Source: Candidatus Bipolaricaulota bacterium
GTDB taxonomy: Bacteria; Patescibacteriota; Patescibacteriia; UBA11705; DATKZF01
Length of the DNA stretch: 64,000 bases
NCBI GenBank assembly: GCA_035528115.1
Contig: DATKZF010000001.1
Span: forward strand, 28,508 to 92,507
Direction: 5' to 3'
The notes beneath the pieces are model-generated. The model saw nothing but the letters and a program-made list of their open reading frames with translations. It ran no database searches and was not told the origin of the DNA. Below, piece after piece: positions 16,872-26,647 of this stretch (positions are counted from its first letter, which is position 1; each line of letters opens with the position of its first letter). A program made the translations under genes and the position numbers.

Positions 16872-17819
16872 ATGAAACATTTAATCTCACTCAAAGAAAA
16901 TTCGAAAGAAGACATTTTGAAAATGATCGATCTGGCTCAAAAACTGAAACAAAAAAAGAACAACGGCGAATTGACGCGCTATCTGGAAGACAAGACTTTG
17001 ATCATGCTTTTTCAGAAAACTTCCACCCGCACCCGTTTGTCCTTTGAATCTGCCATGACCGAGCTGGGCGGTCACGCGATTTTTCTTGACTCGCGCACCA
17101 CGCAGTTTTCTTTGTGCGATTTTCGAGATGAGATTCAGGCGGTGATGCGATTTGGCGCGACCTTGATGTTTCGCGCGCAAAAGGCGGCTGACGTTATGAC
17201 CGCGGCTTCTTTCAATAAAATTCCGGTCATTGACGCTTGCAGCGAGAAATATCATCCGGCTCAGGCGATCACTGACATGCTCACGATGATTGAAAAGAGC
17301 GGGGGACTTGAAAACATAAAAAAAGTGGTTTGGCTGGGAGTTGAAAATAACGTCATGAATACTTTGATGCTGGTTTGCGTGAAATTAGGCGTCAAATTCA
17401 CCATTATAGCGCCGGAAGCTGATATTGACAGCGTTGATGAGGAGTTAAAGCGCCAAGCCGCGGAAACGAGCCTGGTCGAGCGGACGCTGGATTTGGCCGA
17501 GGGGTTAAAAGACGCGGATTTTGTCCACACCGACACTTGGATGAATATGGAGTTTTTTGACAACGGCCAAGTCAAACCGCAAATGCAAGCGGAATATGAA
17601 AGAAGAAAAGCCACGTTTTCTCCTTATCAAATCAACGCCGATTTAATAAATAAATACTGTCCTCAAGCCAAAATAATGCACTGCATGCCTTGCCACATCG
17701 GTTATGAAATTTCTCGCGACGCCATGGATCATCCAAACAGCGTTGTCTTTGATCAAGCGGAAAATAGGCTTCACGCTCAAAAAGGCATTTTAATGTGGCT
17801 TTTGGACAGGGAAGTTTAA
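16872..17819 (+). CDS. argF: Ornithine carbamoyltransferase-family enzyme (divergent substrate-binding motif)
   Basis: STRTR carbamoyl-phosphate motif; HCMPC (HCLP-like) motif; 315 aa; TDTWMNME replaces the canonical DxxxSMG. Confidence 0.6.
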   Translation: MKHLISLKENSKEDILKMIDLAQKLKQKKNNGELTRYLEDKTLIMLFQKTSTRTRLSFESAMTELGGHAIFLDSRTTQFSLCDFRDEIQAVMRFGATLMFRAQKAADVMTAASFNKIPVIDACSEKYHPAQAITDMLTMIEKSGGLENIKKVVWLGVENNVMNTLMLVCVKLGVKFTIIAPEADIDSVDEELKRQAAETSLVERTLDLAEGLKDADFVHTDTWMNMEFFDNGQVKPQMQAEYERRKATFSPYQINADLINKYCPQAKIMHCMPCHIGYEISRDAMDHPNSVVFDQAENRLHAQKGILMWLLDREV

Positions 17820-17842
17820 TTTATTTCAATACTTGCAAATTT

Positions 17843-18256
17843 ATGTTCCAATTCCATTATCCGATTAGAATCAAATCATTGATGATCCCTTCGCTGTTCT
17901 GGCTGGCCTGGATGGTCAGCTGGATTTGGATTCCGGCTGAAGAGCTGATTTGGGCGCCGCTAAAATGGATATTCATTGTTGTTTTCGCGCCGATCGGCTT
18001 GATAATTTTGGGAACGATATTGGGATACAAAGTGGAATTCGATCAGCAAAAGTTAAAAGTCGGATTTTTTCCGTTGATTCGAAGAGTTGATGTGTCGAAA
18101 TTAACGAGCATTAAAAAAGGTTCGGTTTATCCTTTGACTGTTTGGAAAACCACGGAGTTCGTGACCTTGGAATTTAAGCAAGGCAAGCCATTTTCTTTTC
18201 CGTGCAATGAGGCTGGGCAGATAGTTGATACGGTCAAAAGATTTATTACGCCCTAA
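17843..18256 (+). CDS. Hypothetical membrane protein
   Basis: Two N-terminal TM helices; ORF only. Confidence 0.35.
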   Translation: MFQFHYPIRIKSLMIPSLFWLAWMVSWIWIPAEELIWAPLKWIFIVVFAPIGLIILGTILGYKVEFDQQKLKVGFFPLIRRVDVSKLTSIKKGSVYPLTVWKTTEFVTLEFKQGKPFSFPCNEAGQIVDTVKRFITP

Positions 18257-18309
18257 AATTCAGGGTTGAAATAATGCTTGGAATTTGATAAGCTTTAATC
18301 TGAAATAAG

Positions 18310-18385
18310 GGCGTATGGCTCAGCTGGTTAGAGCGCTACCTTCACACGGTAGAGGTCTCTGGTTCGAATCCAGATACGCCCACCA
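18310..18385 (+). tRNA. tRNA-Val (anticodon CAC)
   Basis: Cloverleaf: acceptor GGGCGTA, D-arm GCTC/GAGC, anticodon stem CTACC/GGTAG, loop TTCACAC, T-loop TTCGAAT, CCA. Confidence 0.8.
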
Positions 18386-18556
18386 CGTCGTTCGCGAACG
18401 ACGTGGCCCACCAATTTTCTCTCCGTGGAGCGAAAATTGCCCTGAGTGAGGAGCGCGGCGACGAATCGAAGGGCATTTTATATTATTTATGTAATCTCCA
18501 TAAAGCTGCCATTACCGGCGGTTTTTATAATTTTAAAATGACGGCTTGTGAAGCTG

Positions 18557-19168
18557 TCATTCTTTGATGTGTCGAAATAGACTTGCGCAGGCCAGCGCCA
18601 GTGAAGGAATCAGGACGATGTAGGCCAAGATCAGCCAGATCGTCAGATCGGTCATGGCGAAAAGGTAGATCAAGAGCAGGCCTATCATTTCGCCCCAGGA
18701 TTTGACTTTACCTACGGGAAACGCGCTGATTTTCGCGCGCTTTTTTAGTTTTTTTGCCGAGAGCAATTTGAACACTCGGCAAACGACCAGTCCGGATTCG
18801 ATCAGCCAAAAGGCAATGATCAGCGGCAGCCAGACGGTCTTGCTGAAAAACAAGGTCAGCGGCACAAGAAAGCGGATCTTGTCGACCAGCGGGTCAAGGA
18901 ACGCGCCAGCTTGAGTTTGTTTGTTGAAGATTCTGGCGAATTTTCCGTCCAAAAGATCGAGTGGCCAGATGACCGCGCCGATCAGCAGGCATGACATCAA
19001 TACCTGGCTCCTAAAGTAAAGCCAAACTGCCACCATGAGCAGGGGCAGTTGAACGAGGGTGATGATGATGGGATGGATCTTGGCGCAGACCCGATTTCTC
19101 CGGATCGCATTGTCGATACCGGAACTCTCGGCGTAAAATACATCTTCGGATTTCGCTATCATTCGCAT
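18557..19168 (-). CDS. pgsA: CDP-alcohol phosphatidyltransferase (PgsA-like)
   Basis: DLLDGKFAR...G...D...D motif; multi-pass membrane protein. Confidence 0.7.
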   Translation of the reverse strand: MRMIAKSEDVFYAESSGIDNAIRRNRVCAKIHPIIITLVQLPLLMVAVWLYFRSQVLMSCLLIGAVIWPLDLLDGKFARIFNKQTQAGAFLDPLVDKIRFLVPLTLFFSKTVWLPLIIAFWLIESGLVVCRVFKLLSAKKLKKRAKISAFPVGKVKSWGEMIGLLLIYLFAMTDLTIWLILAYIVLIPSLALACASLFRHIKE

Positions 19169-19221
19169 CCTCCGTGTGTATTTGTTCGGTTATTGAATTA
19201 TAATGAGATGAGTTTCAAAAG

Positions 19222-20436
19222 TCAAACTTGCTTTTTGAATTTTTTGGAGAGATTTTTGTAGGTGTAATTCCACAAAAAGTAAATCACGCCGGACAATATT
19301 ATGGTCAATAAACCGAAGGCGATGAGCACGGGCACGCTATAAGATGACAGCTCTCCTTGCAGGAGCAATTTACCGTCTTGAAACACCTCAAAGCCGGCGC
19401 CCATGATGGTGCCCAAGGAAATAAAAGAAACCACGACGCTGACGAGAAACAACATTTGCAGTTTATTCATGGCTTCGCGTTGATTTTGTCGATATAAAGA
19501 ATTCAGATAACTGGTGTTGCTTTTTATGAAACCCGAGGTCATGTCGAAAAGATTTTTAATGTAAGCCGCTTCTTGATTGGATTTTTTCAGTTTGTTGGCA
19601 AAGTAGTTTTGCCATTTCCCGCGCGTGATGTTTTCCACTGTTTGATTTCTGGTTTTTAACACCACCATGATTTGGTCGATTCTGGCATTGATATTGGAAA
19701 CGTTTTTCGAATATTCGGTCAGCTTGTCTATATACAATGGAATATCAACATTTTTTATGAAACGAGAGCTCAATATTTTTTCCGTGTCATCCCAGATCAA
19801 GCGGTGATTTTGAACGAGCCAGTACAAGTGGCGGTTGAGCTCGGACAAGAAAATCAATTCTTGCGACAGTTCATCGATGATATGCTCCGATATTTTACCC
19901 AATGCGTTTAAGATAACCAGGTTGTCCGAGTAGTATATTTCAAAGGTGCCGAAGTCGTAGTTTTTATCCAATTTTTCGTTTTCCGATTTGAGAAATTTCA
20001 AAATCGAAGCCTTGGTTTCTTTTTCCGTGCAGAGAAACAATCTTTTGGGCAATTTGGGCGTTCTGATGATTTCCAAACCGCCCGCTCCTCGGCTGAAAAG
20101 AAAAGCCAGGCAGGGAGACAGCGTGTTTTGATAAAAATCGACTATTTGTTTTTTGTCTTTTTTGAAATCTTTTATTTCCCTTTTTAAAAACAATAATCCG
20201 TCTTCTTGATACAAATATTCATAGCCTTTATCGGAGTGGGCGCAAACCACGGCCATGTCTTGCTTGGAAAGGTATAGATTGACCTTTTCCGGATTCAGCT
20301 TCTTTTTTAAAGCCGCGGCCATTTTAGAATCAAGCGCCGGATGGACGGCCGCGGAATCCAAAAAAGCCTTGAATTCATCAAGATGAATTCTGATTTTGGG
20401 AAACCAGCTGCCGATGTAAATGTTTTTTATTTTCAT
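19222..20436 (-). CDS. Hypothetical protein with two C-terminal TM helices (start taken at MKIKNIY)
   Basis: ORF; the long N-terminal extension to 20610 overlaps a GC-rich antisense ORF and is probably not coding. Confidence 0.45.
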   Translation of the reverse strand: MKIKNIYIGSWFPKIRIHLDEFKAFLDSAAVHPALDSKMAAALKKKLNPEKVNLYLSKQDMAVVCAHSDKGYEYLYQEDGLLFLKREIKDFKKDKKQIVDFYQNTLSPCLAFLFSRGAGGLEIIRTPKLPKRLFLCTEKETKASILKFLKSENEKLDKNYDFGTFEIYYSDNLVILNALGKISEHIIDELSQELIFLSELNRHLYWLVQNHRLIWDDTEKILSSRFIKNVDIPLYIDKLTEYSKNVSNINARIDQIMVVLKTRNQTVENITRGKWQNYFANKLKKSNQEAAYIKNLFDMTSGFIKSNTSYLNSLYRQNQREAMNKLQMLFLVSVVVSFISLGTIMGAGFEVFQDGKLLLQGELSSYSVPVLIAFGLLTIILSGVIYFLWNYTYKNLSKKFKKQV

Positions 20437-20502
20437 CTTTTTATTTGACAACGAATTTTTATTTTTGTATTGTTTATATTCATGGAGATGGAAGGGGAAA
20501 TC

Positions 20503-20712
20503 ATGAAACTGCCGCAAGATGCTCGTTGTTCTACGATGCACAGAGAGTTTGGAGCTCGACTGGCCGGCAAAGTCAATTGCAAATACCTCAATGACGATCG
20601 GACATGCCAAGCCATGTCCGGCAACCCTCTGTGCACATGTCTAGCCATGGCCAGAGACGTTTTAGACATCGACACTGCCAAAAGGTACTGGCAAGTGCCC
20701 CAAGGCGATTGA
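20503..20712 (+). CDS. Small Cys-rich protein (69 aa, 6 Cys) in a GC-rich patch; hypothetical
   Basis: GGAGATGGAAGGGG Shine-Dalgarno-like site upstream of the ATG; local GC above surroundings. Confidence 0.3.
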   Translation: MKLPQDARCSTMHREFGARLAGKVNCKYLNDDRTCQAMSGNPLCTCLAMARDVLDIDTAKRYWQVPQGD

Positions 20713-20737
20713 GCGACTCAGTCGTCTTTTAAAATTA

Positions 20738-21217
20738 TTATTTATTTTTTCGAGACCAGAGACGTTTAAACCATGATTTTTTTGGCGCCGGATTAATCGG
20801 CTCATTGACTTGTGTTTTCATTGCTTGCAAAGGGTTGTCAAATATTCTAACTTCTCTGTCCGTGGTGGCGATGTTCGGGGCGTCTTGAGGCTTTTCCTTG
20901 ATTGGCTCCTTGAAAAGTTTCGCCTTATACAGCTCGGGATCTTCAATGTTAACGGTTTTTTGTTCGGTGCTGTTTTCTCCGACTCTCCTGACTTTGGCGT
21001 CTCCGGTATCAGGATCAATGCTTGAAATTTCCCATTCGGGTGTTTTTTCCAAGTGACTCAGTCTGATAAAATCACCGACTTTAGCGCCAAGCGAATTTTT
21101 TTCAACAAAATTGCGCGGGACAGTTGGCTTATCAACATATCCTAATGGTCTCATAACTTGAACATCTTGCGGGCCTTTGGGGCGTAACGGTTGGGGAGTG
21201 GGGGTTTCAAAACTCAT
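20738..21217 (-). CDS. Hypothetical protein (Pro-rich N-terminus)
   Basis: ORF only. Confidence 0.35.
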   Translation of the reverse strand: MSFETPTPQPLRPKGPQDVQVMRPLGYVDKPTVPRNFVEKNSLGAKVGDFIRLSHLEKTPEWEISSIDPDTGDAKVRRVGENSTEQKTVNIEDPELYKAKLFKEPIKEKPQDAPNIATTDREVRIFDNPLQAMKTQVNEPINPAPKKSWFKRLWSRKNK

Positions 21218-21345
21218 ATGATTTCATTAAGAATAAATCCGTTTATATTTTACCATTTTTTTCAAGTTTGATAAATAAAAACTTGGGATAACTTTGAATC
21301 GGCCGACCGCATTGTATTTCTCAGCCATTTTGTTAAGATTATGCT

Positions 21346-23112
21346 ATGTCAGACGTTGATGAAATAAAACAAAAAATAGACATTATCTCGCTGGTTGGCG
21401 AATATGTTCAGCTCACGCAAGCCGGTTCCAATTGGAAAGCGCGTTGTCCGTTTCATAATGAAAAAACGCCCAGTTTTTTGGTTTCTCAAGAAAAACAGAT
21501 TTTTCACTGTTTCGGTTGCGGCAAGGGCGGAGACATTTTTACTTTTGTTCAGGAAATGGAAAATTTGGATTTCCCCGAGACCTTGCGGCTGTTGGCGAAA
21601 AAAGCGGGTGTGGAATTGAGAAATACGGATCCTCGCGTTCACAGCCAAAAGACCAGATTGCTGGATATTCATCGCTGGGCAACGGCGTATTTCATGAAAT
21701 CCTTGGAAATTTCCAAGTCCGCCGAGCCGGCCAGGAAATATTTGGAAAAACGAGGCTTGTCCGCCGAGACGATAATGGATTTTAAAATCGGTTTCGCGCC
21801 GGACAGCTGGGACAAATTGCTTAATTTTTTGAAATCAAAAAATTACACCGAAAGCGAAATAGGTTTGGCCGGCTTGATCACCAGAAAAAATCAAGGCAGC
21901 GGCTGGTATGACCGTTTCCGAAACAGGGTGATTTTCCCGATCGCCGATGTTCACGGAGCCATTATCGGTCTTGGGGGCAGAATCATGGAGGCCGAGGGAG
22001 GCGCCAAATATTTGAACAGTCCGCAAACGCCGATTTACGATAAAAGTTCGGTTGTTTACGGCATGGACAAGGCCAAGCAGGAGATCAAGCAAGTAGACCA
22101 GGCGATTTTCGTTGAAGGTTACATGGATGTCATTTCTTCGCATCAAGCCGGAGTGAAAAACGTGGTGGCCACTTCGGGCACGGCTTTGACTCCCGGGCAT
22201 TTGAAAATGGTCAAGCGATACACCAATAATGTGGCTTTTTGCTTTGATCAAGACGAAGCCGGGCAAAGAGCGGCCGCCAGATCCGTTGACATCGCTTTGG
22301 CCGAGGACATGAATATAAAAATTGTTCGGGTGCTTTTCGGCAAGGATCCCGATGAGTGCATTCAAAAAGATCTCGCCTTGTGGCATCAATCCATCGCCGA
22401 AGCCAAACCGTACATGGAATATTTTATGGAAGCGATTGACGGAAAATATGATTTGAACGATATCAATCAAAAAAAGGCGGCGGCCAAAGAACTGCTTACT
22501 CAGGTGGCGAAGATGACCTCAAAACTCGAACAGGATTTTTGGTTGAGAAAATTGTCCGATCTTTTGGGCGTTGACGTGGCGCTGCTTTGGGAATCCATGC
22601 CCGGCGCCAAAACTTTGACCAGAACCGAGCATGCCGGTTTTGTCGCGCAAAAATTGAGAATAGATGTTTATCAGACTCTTTTCGGACTGGTCGTGTCCAA
22701 TCTTGATAATATCGAATATTTGGCGGAAAATTTGGAAGCCGGCATGATTTTCGATGAGAAATGGCGAAGATTTTACAATAATTTGATTTTGTTATATAAT
22801 AAAGACAAGAAAACGGATCGAAATAATTTTGATCAATGGCTAAAGATTCAGGATAATGAGATTTTTAACCAAGGCTTTTTTGATAGCCTGTTTTTGCTTA
22901 TTAAAAGAGAATTTGACGGTTTCTCTCTGGAAGATATTCAAACGGAAGTGATTTGCTTGGTGAAGAAAATAAAAAAAGATTTTTTTCAATATCGAATAAA
23001 TGAAATATCCTCGGAAATAAAAAAAGCGGAAAGCGAAAAAGACGACGACGGCATTAATCAACTTTTTAAACAACTTCAATCTTTCATCCGGCAAAGATCA
23101 CAATTGGACTAA
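21346..23112 (+). CDS. dnaG: DNA primase DnaG
   Basis: CHC2 zinc finger (CPFHNEKTPSF...CFGCG); Toprim (EGYMD); followed by rpoD. Confidence 0.9.
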   Translation: MSDVDEIKQKIDIISLVGEYVQLTQAGSNWKARCPFHNEKTPSFLVSQEKQIFHCFGCGKGGDIFTFVQEMENLDFPETLRLLAKKAGVELRNTDPRVHSQKTRLLDIHRWATAYFMKSLEISKSAEPARKYLEKRGLSAETIMDFKIGFAPDSWDKLLNFLKSKNYTESEIGLAGLITRKNQGSGWYDRFRNRVIFPIADVHGAIIGLGGRIMEAEGGAKYLNSPQTPIYDKSSVVYGMDKAKQEIKQVDQAIFVEGYMDVISSHQAGVKNVVATSGTALTPGHLKMVKRYTNNVAFCFDQDEAGQRAAARSVDIALAEDMNIKIVRVLFGKDPDECIQKDLALWHQSIAEAKPYMEYFMEAIDGKYDLNDINQKKAAAKELLTQVAKMTSKLEQDFWLRKLSDLLGVDVALLWESMPGAKTLTRTEHAGFVAQKLRIDVYQTLFGLVVSNLDNIEYLAENLEAGMIFDEKWRRFYNNLILLYNKDKKTDRNNFDQWLKIQDNEIFNQGFFDSLFLLIKREFDGFSLEDIQTEVICLVKKIKKDFFQYRINEISSEIKKAESEKDDDGINQLFKQLQSFIRQRSQLD

Positions 23113-23149
23113 GCGATAAAAATAATCAATCATTTGCCTTTGATAATTT

Positions 23150-24433
23150 ATGCCAAGGACAGCAAAAAAGGCCACAATTAAAAGAGGTCGGCCCGCTCAA
23201 AAGAAACAGAGCCGTCCGACAAAAAAGAAAGCGGCCGCCAGACGCGCCGCTCATCATGTTAAAAAAGCCAAAGGGGAGAAAAAAAGACCCCAAAAAAACA
23301 CCCGGGTCGTCATGCGGGGAAGACCCAAAAAAGCCACCCCGCCGAGTAAAGATGAAATAGATGAATTGGTTCAAAAGGGAAGAAAAAGAGGTTTTATCAC
23401 GGAAAAAGAAGTGCTTAAACTTTTTCCGGAAATGGAAAGTTATCTGGAAGCTTATTTGGATTTTGAGGAAGAATTGGAGTCGAGCGGCGTTCAAATCGTC
23501 GAATTGAAAGGCGGCGTGCTGGCTTCTCCCGCTGAAAGGGAAAAAATCATTTCCAGCGCTGCCGGAGTCGGCATAGGATCGCCCGCGCAAAAATACGACA
23601 TTCCGGAATTGACCGCTGATTCGATTCAAATGTATTTGAGAGAAATCGGGAAGATCGATTTGCTGACGGCTGAAGAAGAATTAGCCTTGGCCAAAAGAAA
23701 AGAAAGAAACGAGAGGGAAGCGGAAAAGCGTCTGATCGAAGCCAATTTAAGATTGGTCGTTTCCATCGCCAAAAAATTCGTGGGCAAAAGTTTGTCTTTG
23801 CTTGATTTGATTCAGGAGGGCAACATCGGGCTTTTTCGCGCGGTTGAAAAATTCGAGTATCGCAAGGGGTATAAATTTTCAACTTACGCGACTTGGTGGG
23901 TCAGGCAGGCGATCACCAGAGCTTTGGCCGATCAGTCGAGAACGATCAGAATTCCCGTGCACATGGTCGAAACGATCAATAAATTCCAGCAAGTCGAGCG
24001 ACGTTTGATTCAGGATTTGGGCCGCGAGCCGCTGCCCGAAGAAATCGCCGCAGAAATGAGCGAGGACGTGAACAAAATCAGATATATCATGAAAATATCG
24101 CAAGAAACGATTTCGCTCGAAACTTCGGTCGGCGATGACGACGAAGACAGCACTCTTGAAGATTTCATTGAGGACGTGAAAAACGTCACGCCCGATCACG
24201 CGGCCGCTCTGCGCCTGTTGAAGGATTATGTCAGGGAAACGATCAAGGACTTGTCTCCGAGAGAACAAAAGATTTTGGAAATGAGATTCGGACTTGTTGA
24301 CGGAGTGGCGCATACTTTGGAAGAAGTCGGACAGGAATTCGACGTCACCAGAGAAAGAATCAGGCAGATCGAAGCGAAATCTTTGGAGAAAATTCAGAAC
24401 ATGAAAGGAATAGAGAAATTAAGGGATTATTAA
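23150..24433 (+). CDS. rpoD: RNA polymerase primary sigma factor (sigma-70 / RpoD) with Lys/Arg-rich N-terminus
   Basis: Region 2 ([40 protein letters not shown]) and regions 3/4 conserved; dnaG-rpoD synteny. Confidence 0.9.
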   Translation: MPRTAKKATIKRGRPAQKKQSRPTKKKAAARRAAHHVKKAKGEKKRPQKNTRVVMRGRPKKATPPSKDEIDELVQKGRKRGFITEKEVLKLFPEMESYLEAYLDFEEELESSGVQIVELKGGVLASPAEREKIISSAAGVGIGSPAQKYDIPELTADSIQMYLREIGKIDLLTAEEELALAKRKERNEREAEKRLIEANLRLVVSIAKKFVGKSLSLLDLIQEGNIGLFRAVEKFEYRKGYKFSTYATWWVRQAITRALADQSRTIRIPVHMVETINKFQQVERRLIQDLGREPLPEEIAAEMSEDVNKIRYIMKISQETISLETSVGDDDEDSTLEDFIEDVKNVTPDHAAALRLLKDYVRETIKDLSPREQKILEMRFGLVDGVAHTLEEVGQEFDVTRERIRQIEAKSLEKIQNMKGIEKLRDY

Positions 24434-24451
24434 TCAACTGCAAGAAATAAT

Positions 24452-24482
24452 AAAATCCGTTCCATAAGGGACGGATTTTGTG
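24452..24482 (+). terminator. Intrinsic terminator after rpoD (ATCCGTTCC..GGACGGAT hairpin + T-run)
   Basis: Read directly. Confidence 0.6.
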
Positions 24483-24523
24483 TTATAATATAATCAAACA
24501 AATCGCAAAAAAGGAGAGATGCC

Positions 24524-24751
24524 ATGATAAACGAAGATTTGATGGAGTGCCATTACTCTTTCGAGAGATTGGCCAGGGAAGGCAACATTGGTCAGATTCC
24601 GGACGAAACATTGAGGGTTTTTTTGGGGAGATTGAGTCATGCTCGAAAATCTCCTTTGCGAAATTTGGAAAGTCAAGATCAGGCTTGGCTTGACGCCGCG
24701 CTCTCGTTTTGGAGAGATTTTTTCAACGGGAGCAAGCGCCGGACGGCTTGA
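24524..24751 (+). CDS. Hypothetical small protein (75 aa)
   Basis: AAAGGAGAG Shine-Dalgarno-like site; followed by a strong terminator. Confidence 0.4.
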   Translation: MINEDLMECHYSFERLAREGNIGQIPDETLRVFLGRLSHARKSPLRNLESQDQAWLDAALSFWRDFFNGSKRRTA

Positions 24752-24767
24752 TGAAAGGAGGAGGGAG

Positions 24768-24795
24768 GGGCGAGATGCGCGCATCTCGCCCTTTT
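24768..24795. terminator. Bidirectional intrinsic terminator (GGGCGAGATGCGCGCATCTCGCCC + TTTT)
   Basis: 10-bp perfect GC stem between convergent genes. Confidence 0.7.
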
Positions 24796-24817
24796 AAAAT
24801 TTCAATAATGTCGGATT

Positions 24818-25402
24818 TTATTTTTGAGGCTGATTGTTATCATTTTCTTTCTGTGCTTTGTTTTCCGCGATCGCTCCTTTAATGGTGGAAAAGATTTCTC
24901 CCATGTTCGGCAGGGCAGATTCATTTAAAGGTTTTCCCATAAATTCCGCCATTTGGCTGGCCAGCTGTCGGCTTTTCCCGCCGGTCTGAAAGCCTTTTTT
25001 CATTTGTCCCGGGTTGAGTTTTATTTGTTCATTTGAATTTGTCGTCAGATAAAGATCATAATAATTTTGGCGCTGGCCGTTGACGATTCTGGACATGGGC
25101 TGAAGAGTGACGGCCTTTACGTCCGCAAAGCTTAATATCCGGTCGGTTTTTTTAAGCATTGATTTGTGAAAAAGCATTATCTTTTGTTCGCCTTTGCTGA
25201 TTTGAATGGTGGTGGTTTTAATGAAAATGACGAGCAAGACGCCGACGATGATGAAGGCGAGCGCGATCAGCGAGGTGTAGCCAAAGTCCGAGTTGATGAA
25301 AATGATAAAACCGATGAGCGTCAATAATAATCCGCCGAAATAGCCGGCGACGTTTTGGTCTTTGATGACCATTGCGTTTGAGTCTTGGGAGACGATTTTC
25401 AT
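24818..25402 (-). CDS. Hypothetical membrane protein (two TM helices, charged C-terminal tail)
   Basis: ORF only. Confidence 0.4.
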   Translation of the reverse strand: MKIVSQDSNAMVIKDQNVAGYFGGLLLTLIGFIIFINSDFGYTSLIALAFIIVGVLLVIFIKTTTIQISKGEQKIMLFHKSMLKKTDRILSFADVKAVTLQPMSRIVNGQRQNYYDLYLTTNSNEQIKLNPGQMKKGFQTGGKSRQLASQMAEFMGKPLNESALPNMGEIFSTIKGAIAENKAQKENDNNQPQK

Positions 25403-25560
25403 AAAAGCGAGGTTAATATTATATGTTTATATTGAATCATTTATTCGTCAATAAATCAAAGGAAGCCGTCATTTGGCGGGGGATATAAAAATACCAAAAA
25501 ATTGATTTGAGGTGTACAATATAAAGAGCGATCAATTAATAAAATTAAAAATAAAAATTT

Positions 25561-25908
25561 ATGGCGCAAAATCCCATGCCGTCATCGGGCGGCCAGTCGT
25601 CGAAAAAACAAAACACGGCCATGGCCGTGGTGGCTTACATTTTATTTTTCGTTCCGCTTTTAACCGGTGATGCCAAAAAGGATGACTTTGTGAAATATCA
25701 CACGAAACAAGGCTTGGTTCTGTTTTTGCTCGCGGTTGCCCTGAATGTTATTAATTGGATAATGCCGTTTTTCGTCTGGTGGATGATCAATTCTCTTTTG
25801 AGCTTGGGCGTTTTGGTTTTGTTGATTATCGGCATAGTCAACGCCGTGAACGGCAAGAAAGAGCCTTTGCCGATCATCGGAGGTTTGGCTGATGTGTTTA
25901 AGTTTTAA
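25561..25908 (+). CDS. DUF4870-like small membrane protein
   Basis: AYILFFVPLL...KQGLVLFLL pattern. Confidence 0.45.
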   Translation: MAQNPMPSSGGQSSKKQNTAMAVVAYILFFVPLLTGDAKKDDFVKYHTKQGLVLFLLAVALNVINWIMPFFVWWMINSLLSLGVLVLLIIGIVNAVNGKKEPLPIIGGLADVFKF

Positions 25909-25926
25909 ATCCACTTTCGAACATAT

Positions 25927-25953
25927 AAAAAACACCGAATTTTTCGGTGTTTT
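25927..25953. terminator. Intrinsic terminator (AACACCGAA-TTTT-TCGGTGTT); same motif recurs at 28046-28083 and 28195-28226
   Basis: Read directly. Confidence 0.55.
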
Positions 25954-26016
25954 TATAATATAAGCTTCAATAATTCAAAACAAAAACAGAGGCGTTAACC
26001 TCTGTTTTGCAATGAA

Positions 26017-26577
26017 TTATTTCTTCTTTTTGGTTGTTTTCTTTTCTTTGATCTTAACCGGTTTTTTAGCTTTCTCTTTTTTAACAACTTCTTTCTTTTC
26101 AACAGCCTTTTCTTTTTTGACAACCTTTTTGTTTTTGCAAGGAGTCGCAACAGCCGCCGGCTTTATCGCTTTTAGAATCTCGTCGAGTTTGGCATTTATT
26201 GTCTCAAGTTGCTTTTGAGTCTGGTCGCCGCCGCCGTCGCTTTTTTTGCCTTTACTGAAACAATCGCTGCAATAAACCGCTTTTTCTCCGGTGGGCTTAA
26301 AGGGCACTTCGCAGACTTTATTGCAAGTGGCGCAAACAGCCTTGTGCATTTGTTTATCGCGCGATTTGAATCCTTTTTGATCACCGGGTTCTCTGCCGCT
26401 GAAGCAGTCGGAACAAAAAATCGGCTTGCCTCCCATCGGTTTAAACGGCACTTCGCAATTTTTGCCGCATTCGCTGCAAATTGCTCTGTGCATTCCCTGA
26501 CGCGAAGAATCCCGCCCCCCAAAGTCTTTTCTGTCTCTCTTGCGATCAAATCTACTATTTTGTTGATAATTTCCCAT
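26017..26577 (-). CDS. Tandem zinc-ribbon protein (2x CxxC-x17-CxxC with VPFKPxGxKPxxCSDCF) with Lys-rich histone-H1-like tail; likely nucleic-acid binding
   Basis: Two repeats CSECGKNCEVPFKPMGGKPIFCSDCF and CATCNKVCEVPFKPTGEKAVYCSDCF; KKEK-rich C-terminus. Confidence 0.5.
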   Translation of the reverse strand: MGNYQQNSRFDRKRDRKDFGGRDSSRQGMHRAICSECGKNCEVPFKPMGGKPIFCSDCFSGREPGDQKGFKSRDKQMHKAVCATCNKVCEVPFKPTGEKAVYCSDCFSKGKKSDGGGDQTQKQLETINAKLDEILKAIKPAAVATPCKNKKVVKKEKAVEKKEVVKKEKAKKPVKIKEKKTTKKKK

Positions 26578-26647
26578 ATTTTTAATTAAATATTAATTTC
26601 TCACTTATTCAAGTATATGCTTGTTTTTAATAAAAAGCAACGATTAT

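Noticed and set aside
16742-17047. ORF 16742..17047 (101 aa) as a gene
   Set aside because: Its N-terminal 31 codons are an exact copy of the repeat-derived start of ORF 16266, and the rest overlaps the true start region of the carbamoyltransferase gene. It is an artefact of the duplicated 110-bp element.
23126-24313. Antisense ORFs inside rpoD (23126..23629, 23547..23882, 23879..24313), inside dnaG (21835..22470) and inside other long genes
   Set aside because: They lie fully within well-supported conserved genes on the opposite strand, have no start signals and are low-complexity. They are spurious.
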